From assembly GCF_001447785.1 (NCBI RefSeq), contig NW_015165245.1, positions 434,795 to 498,794 of the forward strand: a stretch of 64,000 bases of DNA, read 5' to 3'. Source of the DNA: Gekko japonicus (taxonomy: Eukaryota). The number at the start of each line of letters is the position of its first letter. Position 1 is the stretch's first letter. Positions 60,801-64,000 of the stretch are shown here, piece after piece. The notes beneath the pieces were generated by a model. The model ran no database searches, was not told the DNA's origin, and worked only from the letters and a program-made list of their open reading frames with translations. The position numbers and the translations under genes are program-made.

Positions 60801-63800
60801 ATTTGGACTCCTGAGAAGATGCCAATGTGATCAAGTGATACCGGAAGTGGCAGAAGTTGTAGAAGCTAAAACAATCTTAAGACTAATGACAGTACATACT
60901 GGATGTAGGCAGATGGAGACAAATATGTTTATTACTGTATAAGAGGCTGCCAGATGCTGGCAAAATACAATTCTTAACTGTTGGCTCATGCATCTGAGAG
61001 CAGGTGGGGAGAGGAAAGCTGTAAAAAGTCTAAAAGTCTGGGTCAAATCCTAGCATTTGGCAATCATACACTGTAAACCTTGAACAGCCAAATTTCCAAA
61101 ATCTAAGAGCGGAAGAACTAAACTGTAGTTTGACAAAGAGCACTTGCTGCTCTTTGTGTTCAGTCCCAACAAAGAGTTTACATGTATTTTGCTGCTACAG
61201 TTTCTCCATCCAGCAATGCCACATGGATGCAGCTTTTGTAGTTAACTTCTTCCCTCCCTATAACCCCCCCCCCAGCCATTACTCCTTCTCTCCCACCCAC
61301 CTTTATTGTTCTTTCCAACTTCTGACCAGACTCTTTTACCCAGAGGTCATTTCGGGGGACAAGTAGAATATAAATAAAATTAATATCCAAAAAACACTAC
61401 AAAAATCAACAATCACTGAGAAAGCTATAGTCATGTCCCTAATTGCAACCATCTGATAATAGTTAATACAATCTTCTTCAAGATGATTGGAACCATATCT
61501 TCCTTTTTGGAAGCACTAATTTTACCTGAGTGGCCAATCGCTGTGGCAAGATGAGAAAGGGTAACAAATGAAATTCATCCAAACTTCCACAGACTGAAAT
61601 TTTCTTGTGAAAAGGGGCAATTTTATCTGTGAAATGCCTTTCAAAAAAGTCATACTGAGCCTCCAAGTTATCTATATTAGTATCATAAAAGCTTTGATAG
61701 AGAAGACTTTTCACAACTCAGAAAAGCTCTGCCTGGATGGCTTTGTGCAGACATGACAGTAGCACAGAATGAAGCAAATATTTCAATAATAAGCACTACA
61801 GTACAGGCACCAATGTGTGCTCTAAATGGTGTTTAGTTGTAGTTGCTCCAGGTTTTCTTTGACTTATGCTCAGGCTGTTTACTTATCCACTATATATTCA
61901 TACTCTCCCCACTGGGGGACCCTAAGCAGCTTACAACATCATTCTTCCCTCCTTCATTTGCCCCAGGGTCCCCCAAGAATGGTCAGGTTGAGAGATAGTA
62001 ACTGGCCCAAGGTCAACCAGTGAGTTTCCATGGCTGAGTGGGAATTCAAACCTGGTCTCCGAGATCTGAGTCCGACACCCTAACCACCACGCCACACAGA
62101 AAAAGGACTTATTGAAGCTGTTGGAAGCTGCATGTAGCTGTAGTTTGTCTGTCGTAATGTGTAAATCTCTCTCAAGAGATAATGAACTCAGGGCAATATC
62201 ACTGAACAACTCTTTTAGTGGTATACCTTGTTTGGCCACTCCAGTCCTCTAGTTCTATTCTTAAGGCATATGGAACAGTAGACTGAGTGGTTATTAAATG
62301 TGTCTTCTCATTTCCCAGCCAGAATTCTGTCCGATCATTCGGTGACAGATGTCCAAATCCTTCCTTGTACTGAATCCAGTTTTTCCTAAAATCTTCACTC
62401 CCATCAAGCCTCTAATAAGAAATTGGAGAAAAGAGGGGAAGAGTAGAAAAATAAATAAAACCAATACACACACTGATTTTCTGTGCTATACTAGGCATTC
62501 TGTTCCATGCAGTCAATTACAGACAACATACCCTTTGAACAATTGTCCACCCATTGCCTGCTGAATCAATTTCACAGTAGACCAGGAACTGCTCCTTGGT
62601 TTTTTGAGGTTTGACGAAGTAGAGGCCACTTTGTCTGGCACCTTTATTCGCAATATCTTGACAATCTGTAATAAACAAACATAAGCAATGGTTAGTAGCT
62701 TAATTATAGTCTGTCATATTCATGATATGCAAGACTGAATGCCCAGCTGTACAAGACTGAATACCTAGGTGACTTCAATTGGTACTTTAAAATTTATTTC
62801 ATTTGTATTCTGCTTTTTCTTCAAGGAGTTCATGGCAGTGTACCTGGTTTATCCTCTCCTAACCCTGTGAAGCACAGAAGTAGTACTCTACAGAAGGGAG
62901 ATTTTCCTTCTTATTTGCTGTTTTGTCTTATGTGCTCTTGTCTGAATATAGGGCATTTTGGTGTGGCAGGAAAAAAACATTCTGAATGAATGTTTCCATT
63001 CACAACTGCTGCAAAAGTTATGAATTTCATACATGGGAAGCATTTTGACCTAGGAAAAGGCATAAAACCTCCTTTGGCTCATCCTGTATATTTTACAGAC
63101 ATGTCTGCTTTCTGGCATGTATTATGAAATTATGATTGACTGGAGCTTCCTAGTGCACATATACCACATAGGCGTATATACTGAGAAATATATACATGTG
63201 CAACATTATGTATGTGCATCAATGATTCACGATGATCTCTGATTTTTATGTTTTTCCTGTTCATTTTTAATAATGTCTGAAGTAGTCTTTTAAGTGCTTA
63301 AATCTTTCATACTGATCACAGAGTTTAATATGGTAATAGTTTGCATAGATAAAGAAATATATATTTTAAATAGCTTTAAACATCTGGAAAACCTACCTAT
63401 CAATCCCTAAGACTTCCTTTCTAAACATATTAACCTGTGAGTCACACTGTCTCTAAGGCTGGATGAAACTACGTATGAAAAAGTGTGCTTAGAAATTGAT
63501 TCAGAACAGAATTACAAACAGTAATATGTACAGACCAAAGAAACCTGTCAGTCTGCCTGTACCTGTGTTCTCTTAGGAGTAGCTCCCATAGTTTGTGGAT
63601 CAAAGTCATCAAAGCCATCTTAAGTAAACAGAGACGGTTATTTAAATTGGTCTCAGTCCAGCAGCCTTTGCTCCCAGGGCTAATTCTTACCAAATGGATG
63701 GACTCATGATAGCCAAATGAAGACAAAGCAGATCTCACCCAAGTACTTTAGCACAGAAGTCTCAGTTTGCAACACAGCAAATAGTATTTTCTTGTACCTC

Positions 63801-63928
63801 TTCCTGTTAGTTCCTTTATCTGGACAGTGTCTTCACATGGCTGCTGACATCGCGCCTCAAGCTGAGCAGTCTTCTGCTTTAATACCGCAATTTTGTTATT
63901 GTTGGATACTACCATTTCTGTCAAAAAT
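57683..63928 (-). CDS. FGG: Fibrinogen gamma chain, last five coding exons (5' exons lie beyond the window)
   Basis: Exons 63798-63928 (131 nt), 62532-62665 (134), 62227-62411 (185), 59303-59580 (278) and 57683-57876; all GT-AG and in frame. Motifs [37 protein letters not shown] and [11 protein letters not shown]. Confidence 0.97.
58455..58653 (+). mobile_element. 5S rRNA-derived SINE in an FGG intron
   Basis: gcctgatctcatcggatctcagaagctaggcagggttggtctgggttagtacttggatgggagacc head plus the family tail. Confidence 0.78.
59303..59580 (-). CDS. FGG: FGG exon ([10 protein letters not shown]...[12 protein letters not shown])
   Basis: ttaacag|C CAT GCA GAT...AGA G|gtaat. Confidence 0.96.
61880..62095 (-). 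mobile_element. tRNA-derived CORE/MIR-like SINE
   Basis: Reverse complement of the family at 11028 (ggcccaaggtcaaccagtgagtttccatggctgagtgggaattcaaacctgg). Confidence 0.7.
62227..62411 (-). CDS. FGG: FGG exon ([20 protein letters not shown]...EDWSGQT)
   Basis: tattag|AGG CTT GAT...ACA AG|gtatac. Confidence 0.96.
62532..62665 (-). CDS. FGG: FGG exon ([20 protein letters not shown]...GWTIVQR)
   Basis: ttacag|AT TGT CAA GAT...CAA AGG|gtatg. Confidence 0.96.
63798..63928 (-). CDS. FGG: FGG exon ([12 protein letters not shown]...[17 protein letters not shown])
   Basis: ctccag|A TTT TTG...AGA G|gtac. Confidence 0.94.
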
Positions 63929-64000
63929 CTGGAGATTAGATCAAAATTAAGTACAACAAGGACTTTTGTTAAAAGGAAATACTTTCTAATTCCAGTGGTA

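Overview
This is a vertebrate genomic window, almost certainly from a squamate reptile. A gecko is plausible given the Sauria SINE, BovB, Squam3-like (CTT)n SINEs and 5S-derived SINEs, but that is an inference. It holds the conserved PLRG1-FGB-FGA-FGG block in the same order and orientation as mammals: PLRG1 coding exons 1-4 (minus strand, with its CpG-island promoter), a complete FGB (plus, 9 coding exons including an extra 21-nt micro-exon, 496 aa), a complete FGA (minus, 466-aa Aalpha and 696-aa alphaE isoforms), and the last five exons of FGG (minus). I read the exon boundaries from GT/AG sites, and the reading frames close correctly. Most notable in the genes: the gamma chain ends in RGDI in a single terminal exon with no gammaA/gamma' splice donor; Aalpha has no RGD and no alphaC disulfide cysteines; and fibrinopeptide B is extended by a micro-exon. 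Most notable among mobile elements: a 1.4-kb modular foldback (Mutator-like) element with a 9-bp TSD sits inside a BovB about 400 bp upstream of the PLRG1 start codon; a non-autonomous Helitron carrying a homogeneous 107-bp tandem array ends 48 bp before an FGB exon; a young 5'-truncated L1 has a 17-bp TSD and about 1030 open codons; and several young hAT MITEs are present. Most short ORFs in the supplied track are non-coding. No database searches were possible, so novelty claims are provisional.
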